Assembly (NCBI GenBank): GCA_963514005.1
Contig: OY740809.1
Span: 17,298,001 to 17,362,000 of the forward strand
Direction: 5' to 3'
DNA length: 64,000 nucleotides
Origin: Raja brachyura
Taxonomy: Eukaryota
The position numbers were made by a program, and so were the translations under genes. The notes under the pieces are model-generated. The model had not been told where the DNA came from and did not search any database. It saw only the letters and a list, made by a program, of their open reading frames with translations. Positions 40,401 to 52,720 of the stretch are shown one piece after another (the first letter of the stretch is position 1; each line of letters starts with the position of its first letter).

Positions 40401-41705
40401 AGCTGTCCATCCGCGAGTCACGGCACCAGGCGGAAGAAGGACTTTGCCCGAGCCAGAAGCTTGACCCTTTATCAGGGTTGTACAGTAGTTACTAGAATAT
40501 TTGTAAAATAGTTGTTTGATGATTTTGTAACATGGTGGTGGGTCTGTCACCACATATTAGGTTTTTTTTGTTTTTTGTATCGTGTTGGAATTGAAATAAA
40601 TTACTTTTTGATACAAAAAAAAGCTGGTTACCAGGCTCACGGAACTGGGCCTATACGCATCCCTCTGCAATTGGATCCTCGACTTCCTCATACACAGACC
40701 CTAGTCTATTCGAATTGGAGGAACCACTTCATCCTCCGTAACAATTAGTACGGGAGCACCTCAAGGCTGCGTGCTCAGCCCCCAGCTTACGCACTCTATA
40801 CCCATGACTACATAGCCGGTCAGAGTGCGAACTCCATCATCAATTTCACCCACAACACCGATTACTGTGGTTGGACGAATCACAGATGGAGAGAGTCAAA
40901 GTATAGAAGTGAGATCGACCGACTGACCAAATGGTGCCAGCACAGCAACCTGGCTCTCAACTTCAGTAAGACCAAGGAACTGATTTTGGACTTTGGTAAG
41001 GGTAGGATGAGGACCCACAATCCTGTTTATGTCAATGGTGGAGAGGGTCAATAACTTCAATTCCTGGGTGTGCATATATCAGAAGATCTTTCCTGGACCT
41101 AGCACACCGATGCAATTGTAAAGATCAGCGACTCTACTTCCTGAGAAGATTACGGAGATTCGACATGTCGAAGAGGATTCTCCTAAACTTCTACAGGTGC
41201 ACGGCAGAGAGCATTCTGACTGGTTGCATCGTGGCCTGGTTCGGCAACTTGAACTTCCAGGAGCGAAAAAGACTATAAAAAGTTGTGACCACTGCCCAGT
41301 CCATCACCGGCTTTGACCCCCCTACCGTCGAAGGGATCTATCCTAGTTGCTGCATCAAAAAGACAGCCAAAATTATCAAGGACCCACACCATCCTGGCCA
41401 CACACTCATCTCACCATTGCCATCAGGAAGAAGGTACAGGAGCCTGAAAACTGTAACGTCCAGGTTCAGGAACAGCTACTTCCCCACAGCCATCAGGCTA
41501 TTAAACACAACTAATAAGTATGAGCTCTGAACTGCAAAAGACTATATTATTATTTGTTATTTGCACTATATTTGTTATTTATTGAACGCTTTCTTTTTTT
41601 TCCCCTGTTATGTACAATGTTTACATATTCACATATTCTGTTGTGCTGCTGAAAGTTAGAATTTCGTTGTCCCGTCAGGGACATATGACAATAAAACACT
41701 CTTGA
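37450..41705 (+). mobile_element. Rex-Babar LINE fragment split by the Tx1 insertion
   Basis: [23 protein letters not shown] resumes at 40621 and continues to LPSGRRYRSLKT.TSRFRNSYFP.AIRLLN and the 3' UTR. Confidence 0.9.
37702..40620 (+). mobile_element. Tx1-clade ORF1-only non-autonomous retroposon (HAL1-like)
   Basis: 11-bp TSD aagctggttac (37691-37701, 40621-40631); ~700-bp 5' UTR; frameshifted ORF1 38401-40324 with VEPL...RVVL.NIPP.I.NE.L and the knuckle CHACKEVGHILRYC; AATAAA and A tail; no ORF2 sequence. Confidence 0.8.
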
Positions 41706-42140
41706 CACCATTACTCACAGGCTTTAGTCCAAAAAATAACCTCCACCACCAGTCTCTGCTTCCTTCTACGACATCAATTCTCTATCCAGACAGCTAGCTC
41801 TTCCTGCAACCCATGCGATCTACCCTTCAGAGCAGGATACCCTCCATGTGAACCTTGCTGAAGTTCATATCTTTACATCTACTGACTTGCCTCTTGTTAA
41901 CTTTTTTGGTTACTTGTTCAAAAAAGTCAATGAAATTCATGAGACACGATCTCCCATGAAGAACCCTGTCTTTCCAAATAAATTTGTATCTTATCCTTCA
42001 AAATCGTCTCCAGTAACATTCCCACTTCCTATATTAGGCATACAGTTATATATACTTCCTATATTAGGCACATTAGGCTACAGTTCCCAGGTTTTTCTTT
42101 GCAGCCCATCTTAAATAGAGGCACAACACTTTTAGTTCAC

Positions 42141-42286
42141 CCATAAAATGACCACCATTAAGGCTTTCTTCTGCTTTGAATGAATGTTTTTTTTCTGCAG
42201 TAAAAATGCTGTTTCAATCCAAGTTGGTTTATTACTTAATGATCCATCTCTATCCAAAGGTTATCATGAGAGACTTCTCTGAAATA
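42141..42286 (-). pseudogene. CATSPERE-like pseudo-exon; candidate second coding exon of the SAP-THAP gene
   Basis: Strong acceptor ccttgttttttcag| and donor ATGG|gtgaac. ISEKSLMIT...SLSNKPTWIETAFLLQKKNIHS vs PSINSIVLS...TLGQKPVIHTVLKRKVYS. In phase 0 it reads YFREVSHDNLWIEMDH* (stop 42236-42238). Confidence 0.55.
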
Positions 42287-43299
42287 CTGAAAAAACAAGG
42301 TGATGGGTCCCAAGTCAGATGGTTTTGAAAACAGTGAGAGAAGGTTTAATTCAAAGAAGGAAATTATATATGTATTTTTAAATATAGGAGAGGAAACAAA
42401 GTTAGATTTGCAAATTAGATTTGCAAATTCAGTTACACATTCCACAGTTAACCCAAGGAGGAGGAGGAGGAGGAGGAGGAGGTCTAGCCACTCATGAATT
42501 GCAGGAATGGCTCTCTAATTGCAAAGGGAAAGGAGGCAGGGCGGAATCAATCGATTACAAAGGAGGTGCTCAATCTGGTCCTGGAGTGAGGTTAGTCTGA
42601 GGCTCTGAGTGCAACAGGGCAGTCACGGTATTCACAGGTGGGGTGTGTCTGTTCAGGAGGTGCAGATCAACCCTGTAGATCAGCCCTATTAATCTCTGTC
42701 AATATAACCTTCACCACACACATTATGCATGATACACATTCCACCATGTAATCCAGTCCGGGATTTGAGTAAGGAATGCAGTTACAAATAACAACCCTGT
42801 TCGGCCCGGTGCTTGGCAGTCTGCAAGATGATACCAGTATGTATTATTCTCTTTGCATACGTTTTAATAAAAGCTTTTATTTTATTAGGTTCACCTAATA
42901 CTTTAATGGTTTGATTACAAAATATGGTGTCAGAAGATTTAGACCACCTCTCCATTTCATTTGCCTGAATTTATTTTAATTTGTTTTTTTGTACCGTCTT
43001 CTTGCCATGGCTGGAGCCTTTCATAAACCTGACCCGCTAGTGTTTGATGGTGACCTTGCTGAACCTTGGCACATCTTTGAAGTAGAATATGGAGTGTTCA
43101 TTCACGCGGCACACCGTGATGCGCCCACTGTACAAGCATCTATTCTCCTCAATGTGGCGGGCACCGAAGCCACACTGCGGGCACAGGATTTCAACTACGC
43201 ACCAGCTGAGCTTAATGATGCTGGTGACATTATGACCCCTGCGGATCTAGCCAAGACCCAATGTGCCTCCTTAGAAAGTTCCAACAGCTATGCCAGCTG

Positions 43300-43806
43300 C
43301 GTGTTAGTTTTTTCTACTTTTTATGTTTTTTAGTGTGTTTTAATGTATGTTTTGAATGTTTCTCGGTGTGTCTTGTGTGAGGGGTTGTGTGGGGGGAGAA
43401 AAGGGGGAAACCGCTTCGGTCGCCTCCTCCACGGAGAGGCGACTTTTTCCATGTCACCTCCCCCGTGGCCTAACATCGAGGATTGGTGCGGCCTTTCCCG
43501 GAGACGTGCCCGGGGTTTCAGCTGCGGGCGCAGCGAGGACTCTTTCGTCGCAGAGCGGGCGAGCCTTCGCCGGGGCTTGCCGGAGGGGACGCTCCGTTCG
43601 CTGGCCCACGGCAGCCTGAAGCCGGGGTCTGCAGAGCTCCAGCTGGCGCGGCATCCTGGGCCCGGAATCCCTCGCCGAGGAGGGGAGCTCCGACTGCGGT
43701 GCTTCCGGCTGCAGCGTGGTGGGGACTTTAGATCTTCGACCACCGGCATGCGGCCTACACCAACCTGAAGCCGCGGTCTCCGGTGGGAAGGCACCGATTC
43801 AGGACT
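43300..43806. repeat. Unclassified GC-rich insertion interrupting Gypsy gag
   Basis: Abrupt switch from gag to T-rich then CpG-rich sequence; it is the target of the Tc1 insertion. Confidence 0.45.
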
Positions 43807-44953
43807 TACAGTGGCTTGCAAAAGTTTTCATACCCCTTGAACTTTTACACATTTTGTCACGTTAAAACCACAAACGTAAATGTATTTTATTGGGATTTTA
43901 TGTGATAGACCAACACAAAGTGGCGCATAATTGTGAAGTGGAAGGAAAATGATACATGGTTTTCAAATTGTTTTACAAATAAAAAACTGAAAAGTGTGGC
44001 GTGCAAAAGGATTCAGCCCCATTTACTCTGATGTCCCTAAGTAAAATCCAGTGCAACCAATTGCCTTCAGAAGTCACCTAATTAGTAAATAGAGTCCACT
44101 TGTGCGTAATCTAATCTCAGTATAAATACAGCTGTTCTGTGAAGGCCTCAGAGGTTTGTTAGAGAACATTAGTGAACAAACAGCATCATGAAGCCCAAGG
44201 AACACACCAGACAGGTCAGGGATAAAGTTGTGGAGAAGTTGAAAGCAGGGTTAGGTTATAAAAAAATATCCCAAGCTTTGAACATCTCATGGAGCACTGT
44301 TCAATCCATCATCCGAAAATGGAAAGAGTAAGGCACAACTGCAAACCTACCAAGACATGGCCGCCAACCTAAACGGACAGGCCGGGCAAGGAGAGCATTG
44401 ATCAGAGAAGCAGCCAAGAGGCCCATGGTAACTCTGGAGGAACTGCAGAGATCCACAGCTCAGGTGGGAGAATCTGTCCACAGGACAACTATTAGTAGTG
44501 CACTCCACAAATTGGGCCTTTATGGAAGAGTGGCAAGAAGAAAGCCATTGTTGAAACAAAGCCATAAGAAGTCCCATTTGCAGTTTGCCACAAGCCATGT
44601 GGGGGGGACAGCAAACATGTGGAGGAAGGTGCTCTGGTCTGATGAGACCAAAATTGAAGTTTTTGGCCTAAATGCAAAACGCTATGTGTGGCGGAAAACT
44701 AACATTGCACATCACCCTGAACACACCATCCCCACTGTGAAACATGGTGGTGGCAACATCATGCTGTGGGGATGCTTTTCTTCAGCAGGGACAGGGAAGC
44801 TGGTCAGAGTTGATGGGAAGATGGATGGAGCCAAATACAGGGCAATCTTGGAAGAAAACCTGTTAGAGTCTGCAAATGATTTGAGACTGGGGCGGAGGTT
44901 CACCTTCCAGCAGGACAACGACCCTAAACATACAGCCAGAGCTACATAGGAAT

Positions 44954-47004
44954 CAGGCACGTGCCGTCAGGGTAGGCAAGGTAGGCACTGCCTACCCTGA
45001 CTAAAATTATGAAATGGCAATTTTTAAATATAAATAGTAAAGGCATGGGAGAATTATGCCTGTCTAAGAGATCGATCTCTTAGGTAGGCATAATTCTCCG
45101 TGCCTTTCACCCGCAGCGCTTGTAACACGGGAAGCTCTGTGCAGCCCCCGTGCCGTCAACGCTGCCTGAGCCGTCAGATTCAATGGAAGCTGAAGGCAGC
45201 AGAAATTCTGCCTTTGCAGCACTGCGCATGCGCATCATCTTTCTGCGCATGCGCATCGCGAGTTTCTTGGCGGGATGTTCAAATATGGATTGCCATTATT
45301 TTAATAGTATCTTAGCAAACAAATGGAGAATGGACTTAATGTAACAATAATGTGGTAAGTGCATTTCTTTGTGCTTTATGTTTTTAAATACTGTAGTTCC
45401 CGGGGTGGGGGGAGAGCTCCGTTCACAGTGTTTGGGCAGTCTGGCGTTGTGAAGGAGGGGATTGGGGTCAGTAACCCACTTGCCACGCTCCGGTCTGAGT
45501 GCAGGTGAGATGGGACTAGGTGAGAGTAAGTGTTCGGCACGGACTAAAAGGGCCGAGATGGCCTGTTCCCGTGCTGTATTGCCATATGGTTTTATTGTGG
45601 CCGGGGAGTGGATCAGCTCGGGTGGTAGCCGCAGCACTCCGGGCGCGGAAAGCAGAACTGGCCGCCACTTCCGCGGAAGGAAGCAGCTCGGGTGACTGCG
45701 AGTGGCCGCCGGCACCCTGCCACTTCAGCCCCTTCTGCTGGTCCCCACTCACCTCTGGCAGTGCTCTCCGTCTGAACATCTCTCACCTGCCGCTCGCCGG
45801 CCGGCTTCCCGCAAATCTTTAAATTCCGACAGCGCGTTCACGGATCCAGTTTAGGTTACTTGGCTGTGGGAATTTAAGGATTTGCGGGGTGCGGTTGACA
45901 TGAGCGAAGGGCAGGTGAGAGATGTTCAGACGGCGAAGGAGATAGGCGACGTTTCGGGTCAAGACCCTTCTTCAGACTGAGTCTGAACATCTCTCACCTG
46001 CCGCTCGCCGGCCGGCTTCCCGCAAATCTTTAAATTCTGACTCAGTCTGAAGAAGGGTCTCGACCCGAAACGTCGCCTATCTCCTTCGCCCCTTAGATGC
46101 TGCTGCACCCGCTGAGTTTCTCCAGCTTTTTGTGTAACCCCCATCTCTCACCTGCCGTTCGCCGGCTTCGCTCATGTCAACCGCGCCCCGCAAATCCTTA
46201 AATTCCCACAGCCAAGTAACCTAAACTGGACCCGTGAACGCGCTGTCGGAATTTAAAGATTTGCGGGAAGCCGGCCGGCGAGCGGCAGGTGAGAGATGTT
46301 CAGACTCAGTCTGAAGAAGGGTCTCGACCCGAAACGTCGCCTATCTCCTTCGCCCCTTAGATGCTGCTGCACCCGCTGAGTTTCTCCAGCTTTTTGTGTA
46401 ACCCTCGATTCTCCAGCATCTGCAGTTCCTTCTTTAACACGGCAGGTGAGAGATGTTCAGACAAAGAGCACTGCCAGAGGTGATCAGAAGGCGCTGAAGA
46501 GCAGCCAGTTCTGGTGTTGGGTCCCGGTGGCCGTTCGCACCCGAGCTGCTTCTATCCCCGGAAGTGGCGGCCAGCTCTGCTGTCCTTGCCCGGAGCGCTG
46601 CGGCAGCGGTGAGTGAGTTTGATATGATCTCTGTCCCCCTCCTTCTCAAAACCTCTCCCTTCTCGCATACTTAACCCCTGCCGCAGGCTCCCCACACGGT
46701 GTGAAAGGAACTCCCCCTCCAATTGGACCCTTGAATTAGTATTGTCATTCCATATGATGACAACTGATTCAACGTCCCGATGTGCTCCCATTTTTCCCAC
46801 CATCTCTCCACCTGCCTTCATCCTCCGTCCCCCACCCATTCAGTAATTAAAAAATGAAGGAGATTTAGAACCCTTGGGGAAATTGAATTGTCACTTATTT
46901 TTTATTGTTTACGAAGAGAACAATCTGCGCATGCGCGGTTTTAAGATTTCTTTTGAAAGCCGGCTGACTGCCTACCCTGAGTAATTACTCACGGCACGTG
47001 CCTG
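44954..47004. mobile_element. Non-autonomous hAT element with internal palindrome
   Basis: 14-bp TIR caggcacgtgccgt; perfect 8-bp TSD ataggaat (44946-44953, 47005-47012). Confidence 0.92.
46047..46074 (+). ncRNA. Minimal type I hammerhead ribozyme motif in a Penelope terminal repeat (second copy 46311-46338)
   Basis: CTGAAGA-A-GGGTC-TC-GACCC-GAAAC-GTC: core, perfect stem II and self-complementary ACGT in place of stem III. Stem I is weak in this copy. Confidence 0.55.
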
Positions 47005-50000
47005 ATAGGAATGGTTTAGATCAAAGCATATTCATGTGTTAGAATAGCCCAGTCAAAATCCAGACCTAAATCCAATTGAGAATCTCTGGCAAGACTTGAA
47101 AATTGCTGTTCACAGACGCTCTCCATCCAATCTGACTGAGCTTGAGCTATTTTGCAAAGAAGAATGGGCACAAATTTCAGTCTCTAGATGTGAAAAGATG
47201 GTAGAGACATACCCCAAAAGACTTGCAGCTGTAATTGCAGCGAAAGGTGGTTCTACAAAGTATTCTCAGGGGGGCTGAATACGTTTGCACGCCACACTTT
47301 TCAGTTTTTTATTTGTAATAAAATTTGGAACCCATGTATCATTTTCTTTCTACTTCACAATTATGCACCACTTTGTGTTGGTCTATCACATAAACTTGGT
47401 CATGGAGCACCACAGATTATTTTCACGTAACCAGAAGTAAGATGAACCAGTCGAATCCAACACCAGTTCCCCGAAGAACATAGCTGGCAGGTGCCAGTTC
47501 AGTGATCTACGCGACAACCTCATCCATAGCAGACCCGTGTACGGCATACTGAATGACAAGGTGAGAGATGAGTTACTCCGGGACGAGGAGCTCACTCTAG
47601 TTAATGCTTAGCGCTCCTGTCAGGTTGCTGAGCTAACCAACACCCATACCAAGTCTCTAGGACCCGGACCCCACTCCGCATATAGTGTCAACGCGTTCTA
47701 CAGATTTCTGCGCCAAGTAAAGCTACCACCAAAATCATTAATAACTGCTCCAATTGTGGTGGCTCGCATACAGGGGGATCCGTGAAACGTGCCCCACTTT
47801 CGGGAGAAGTTGCCATTATTGTAAAAGGAAAAAAAACTTTATTCGTTGCTGCCGCTCTCGTGGGAACACAGTCGAGACAAACCAACCTCTCCACTTTCTT
47901 CAGCCTACACTTTCCAACGAGGACCTAGAGGACATTCCCACACCTGCAGAAGCAGAATTGCTTGAGCACCAAGCTGCCAGCTTCAGCATACATTCCTTGT
48001 CAGATCCGTCATGCAAGCACAAGGATCCTATAACAACGCTTCAGATCACCAATGCCAAGGTTATTGCAAAAATCAACACCGGGGCTCGCTGTAATGTTTT
48101 GCCCTTATCGGATTTCAAGAGAGTTTGAAAATTCAAAGTTGTTAGAAAAACCAGTGCCAAATTACTCCCATTTGGGTTAGGAGAGGTCCACCCGGTCGGA
48201 AGAGAGGAACTGTACTGCCATCTGGCTTCGGTTGTTTACAACCTCGACTTTTTCATTGTCCGTGGGAACATAGCCCCTCTGCTGGGTATCGATGCATGCC
48301 ATGACCTGGGTTTGGTCACCTTCGGCCAAACTGTACACCAGCTCACCCTCACCCCCAGCCTGCTCAACAGTTCCTCTCACAGTACAAAGACCACTTAGCA
48401 AACTTCCCCACATGTACACCATTGTAACTGACCCAGAGGTCACGCCAGTTGTCTGCACCCCTCACCAGATCCCGCTTGCTATGCGAGACCACGTTCAGAA
48501 CGAACTTAACAGGATGGAAACTCTGGGTGTGATTGCCCATGTCAGCGATCCATCTGCCTGGGTCTTGAACATGGTTGCATCAACCGAGAAAAACAAAGAT
48601 GAAATACAAATTTGCATCAATCCCAAGGATTTAAACACTGCCATTAAATGCCCACACCACCCGATGCAAACGGTGGAAGAAATCGCGGCCAACCTGGGAA
48701 CAGTAACAGTATGCTCAGTCCTGGACGCAAATAACTCATTCTGGCAGATTCCACTAGACCATGAATCCTCCATGTTGACCACGTTCGGCACACCTTTCGG
48801 ACGTTACAGATTTTTACGCATGTCATATGAAATAAACTCGGTTAGTGAGGTTTTTCAATGCACCACGGAGTAGTTATTTGCTGGATACCCATGTGCATTC
48901 ATGGTAGATGACATTCTAGTTGCTGGACAAAATGTTCCGGGTCAATTAAGTGAACTATGTGGGTCATGTATTCACCAATAAAGGTCTCAAACCAGACCCC
49001 TTGAAAACCATTGCCATCAATGAGCAGCCAGTGCCCACGGATGTGACCGCATTACAACGGTTTATTGGCATGGTAAACTACTTGGGAAAGGTCATCCCAA
49101 ACTTCAGCGAATTCTCAGCCACACTAAGGCAACTGACTCACAAAGAAACAGACTGGTCCTGGCACGACCACCAGCAGAGGGCGTTTGACACTCTTAAGCA
49201 GCAGATGTCCTATGCTCCAACACTCGCTTACTTCGATGCCAAGCTGCCTGTCACTTTAACTTGCAATGCCTCGCAATACGGACTGGGATCAGCCTGTCTC
49301 CAGAATAATGGTAGAGGCCACAGACCCATTGCCTCTGCCTCCTGCACCATGACTGACACAGAACAGTGCTACGCACAGATCGAGGAGGAACTGCTAGCTG
49401 TGGTCTTTTCCTGCAGGAAATTCAATGACTTGATTTTCAGCAACACTGTCAGTGTTGAACTGACCACCAGCCACTGGTCAGCATTCTGAACAAGCCGATA
49501 CACGCCACCTGTGTGCCTTCAACGTATGATGATGGTATTACAAAGGTACGACATTAGACTGGTTTACAAATGCGGAAAGGAAATGCACTTAGCTACGCGC
49601 AACACCTGCCAGAAACACCTGTCGGACAATGATGGTTTTATTGTTAAGATGGACTCCTACCTCCCATCCTCGTGTCTAGACGATCTGGCAGCACAAACAG
49701 CTGCAGACGACACTATACAGTCACTCTCCTCTGTCATCCGACACGGATGGCCAGACAAGCAATACATGCTACCGCCCTTGATTTGCCCAATTTACCCTGT
49801 TCGTGATGAACTGGTACTTCAGGATGGCATTGTGGTGACAGGACACAAGGCAGTTGTTCCTGCATCTCTGCAAAACAAGTATTACGATGCCATCCACAGG
49901 GGTCATCCCAATGTGGAGGCAACGGTTCTGAGGGCAAAGAGTATGTTCTTCTGGCCTGGAATGTCCGACTTTGTGCGTGAGAAAGTTGATTCCAGTGCGG

Positions 50001-51728
50001 TGTACAACAGCCTAGTGTCGCACCAACCCAAACAGCCCCTTCTCTCGCACCCCACACCTGACTTGCCATGGTCCACAGTTGCAATTGATCGACTTACTCC
50101 GCAGTCCAACCTCAGCCATGGTTGTTGAAAAGCAGGCACGCCACTTTCCTGTCCACGGGTCTCCCATTCATCTTCTCTCTGTCAATGGCAGCCAATTCAC
50201 CAGTCAGCATTTCAAGAACTTCATTAAACGCTGGGATTTTCGCCGCATCACCAGCAGCCCCGAGAACCCGCAGTCCAATGGGTTTACAGACCGTGCGGTG
50301 AGAAGTGCCAAACAAGTGATGGAACGGTCCCATCAGGCCTGTTCTTACGTCTATCTCAACGTACTCAATTTACGGAACATTTCTCGTGATCCGATTCTGG
50401 TTTCTCCTGCCTAGCACCGTATGTCAAGGCAGACTCGCACTATGCTACCTATAGCAAAGCAGATGTTGCAACCACAAATTCGTGCCCCGGTGGTGATCCA
50501 GGCAAAACTACAACAGCGACGCGATACCCAGAAACAATACTATGACAATTCAAGCACACCGCTTCCGCCTCTGACCAAGGGACAGGTTGTCCGCTTGCAA
50601 ACGGCAAAAGGCTACGACCAGCTGGGCGTCAGTCAAGGCACTGCTCCTGCGCCTCGCTCTTACCTGGTCAGTGTTGATGATGCCACCTTCAGACGTACCT
50701 GACAACACCTTCGCCCCATCAATGAGCCAGTGCCGCCTCGACACCATCCTGACTACACAGCTGTGTCTCCCTCACAGTCCAACGATTCCAGTCCCATGGT
50801 CCCACATCTGCCTGCTGACCCCAGTCCAGATGCTTTGCCTGCTGCTTCGCCTCCCCGACCGCTACCGCGGTGTCCATCCTCACCCTCAACACCGTTCAGA
50901 CCTGCGGTATCACTCCCTTCTCCTACTCAATCTCCGGTGAAGGGAGTAAACGGTGGATACTGTATGCACGCAGGTCGCGTCTGCAGGCCGAATCCAAAGT
51001 ACCTTTGAACTGTCTGTGAACTGTTTTCTCACTTGCTGCTCTCAGCACACAGTCCATGAAGTAAAGTGCACTCTCCTCATATTTAAGAAGGAACTGCAGA
51101 TGCTGGAAAAATCGAACGTAGACAAAAATGCTGGAGATGCTGGGTTTCTCCAGCATTTGTGTCCACCTCCCTCATATTGGTGTTTTTCTATCTACTCCAC
51201 TATAAGCTTGTTTAATTATAATTTGTTCTTTAATTGTTATATGGTTATATGGTTATAAGAGTCCAACCCCTGTCCCACAGTGCGAGTCCACCCACGAGTT
51301 ATCCCGACTTAAAACCAAATCACACTCATGTTAATCACGTAGTATGAACGTAGCGGGAACATCGGAGCTTGTGGACGTAACTTAGCGACTCTTAACGCTA
51401 ACGGCAGTTACACGGGAAACGTGTTTACTCGTGAAAAATTTTCAACATGTTGAAAGATTTTCATGAGTCAAATATACTTTTGAAGGAAAATATTGATACT
51501 TTTAAACTCGTTGTAAATCCGTAGTAGCCCATGAGTTTACCATATTAACTCATGGGTTTGGCCTGAGTGCCAGAAGTGACATGTTGAAGATTAGTCAGAT
51601 CTTAATGGAAAATGTTACAGTGAGCTAACAATTCATTTTCAGTGAGTAATGCCTTTCAATGTTTTATGCCAGACCTTGAACAATTGCAGTTCAAATGGAC
51701 ACCCGTGCCTTAGTACAGCATAGCTTTT

Positions 51729-52187
51729 ATAACCATATAACCATATAACAATTACAGCACGGAAACAGGCCATCTCGGCCCTTCAAGTCCGTGCCGAACA
51801 ACTTTTTTCCCTTAGTCCCACCTGCCTGCACTCATACCATAACCCTCCATACCCTTCTCATCCATATGCCTATCCAATTTATTTTTAAATGATACCAACG
51901 AACCTGCCGCCACCACTTCCACTGGAAGCTCATTCCACACCGCTACCACTCTCTGAGTAAAGAAGTTCCCCCTCATGTTACCCCTAAACCTCTGTCCCTT
52001 AATTCTAAAGTCATGTCCTCTTGTTTGAATCTTCCCTATTCTCAAAGGGAAAAGCTTGTCCACATTAACTCTGTCTATCAAAAGCTTGTCCACATTAACT
52101 CTGTCTATCCCACATTAACTCTGTCTATCCCACATTAACTCTGTCTATCCCACATTAACTCTGTCTATCCCACATTAACTCTGTCTA
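51729..52187 (-). mobile_element. 5'-truncated CR1 with a 20-bp tandem array at its 5' junction
   Basis: TRGH.FRIKG.RFR...FFTQRVV.VWNELP; repeated ccacattaactctgtctatc at 52060-52187. Confidence 0.9.
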
Positions 52188-52439
52188 GATGGTTTAGTAT
52201 TACTAACTCCAAGGGAAGGGCACGAATCAGTTAGCGATGCAGCTCAATCAAACCAAACATTCAATGCAGGACAATGTTGAGTTGATGCAGCGTCATTGAG
52301 TTGTCCTGGTTTTCTTTGGAATGGGAGTTAAACCTTTCTCAGATGCAACCTTAATGTGATTAATTTCAAGTTAACGAGGCAAATGCAACAAGTTTGAGCA
52401 ATTTTGGAAGGATTGTTTCTTGAAACAAACTGCTCTAAA

Positions 52440-52720
52440 AATTTGAAGGAAGGAATTGCAGATAGTAGTTTAAACCAAAGATATACACAAAATGATGGAC
52501 TAACTCAGCTGGTCAGGCAGCATCTCTGGAGAAAAGAAATAGGTGATGTTTCAGGTCGAGATCGTTCTTCAGGCTGGGTCTTAGCCTGGAAAAGGGTCCC
52601 GTCCCGAAACGTCGCCTACTCCTTTTCTCAAGAGATGTTGCCTGGCCCGTGGAGTTACTCAAGCATTTTGTGTCTGTCTTTGGTTTAAACTAGCATCTGC
52701 AATTCCTTCCTTCCAAACTT
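52440..52720. repeat. Palindromic pair of Penelope terminal repeats (similar ones near 1200-1385, 11925-12080, 13373-13572, 51085-51165, 53015-53180)
   Basis: gaaggaattgcagat...cagcatctctggag mirrored by gagatgttgcct...catctgcaattccttc. Confidence 0.8.

Larger units (their letters stand above)
37140..42125 (-). mobile_element. Old CR1 fragment (37140-37450 and 41705-42125) split by a Rex insertion
   Basis: Consecutive CR1 RT segments on the minus strand on either side of the Rex element. Confidence 0.6.
43809..47395 (+). mobile_element. Tc1/mariner transposon (DD34E), right TIR truncated, split by a hAT insertion
   Basis: TA|cagtggcttgcaaaag left end; long TIR whose inner part is mirrored at 47271-47395; transposase from 44188 with WSDETK, FQQDNDPKH and PDLNPIENLW; in-frame stops. 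Confidence 0.95.
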
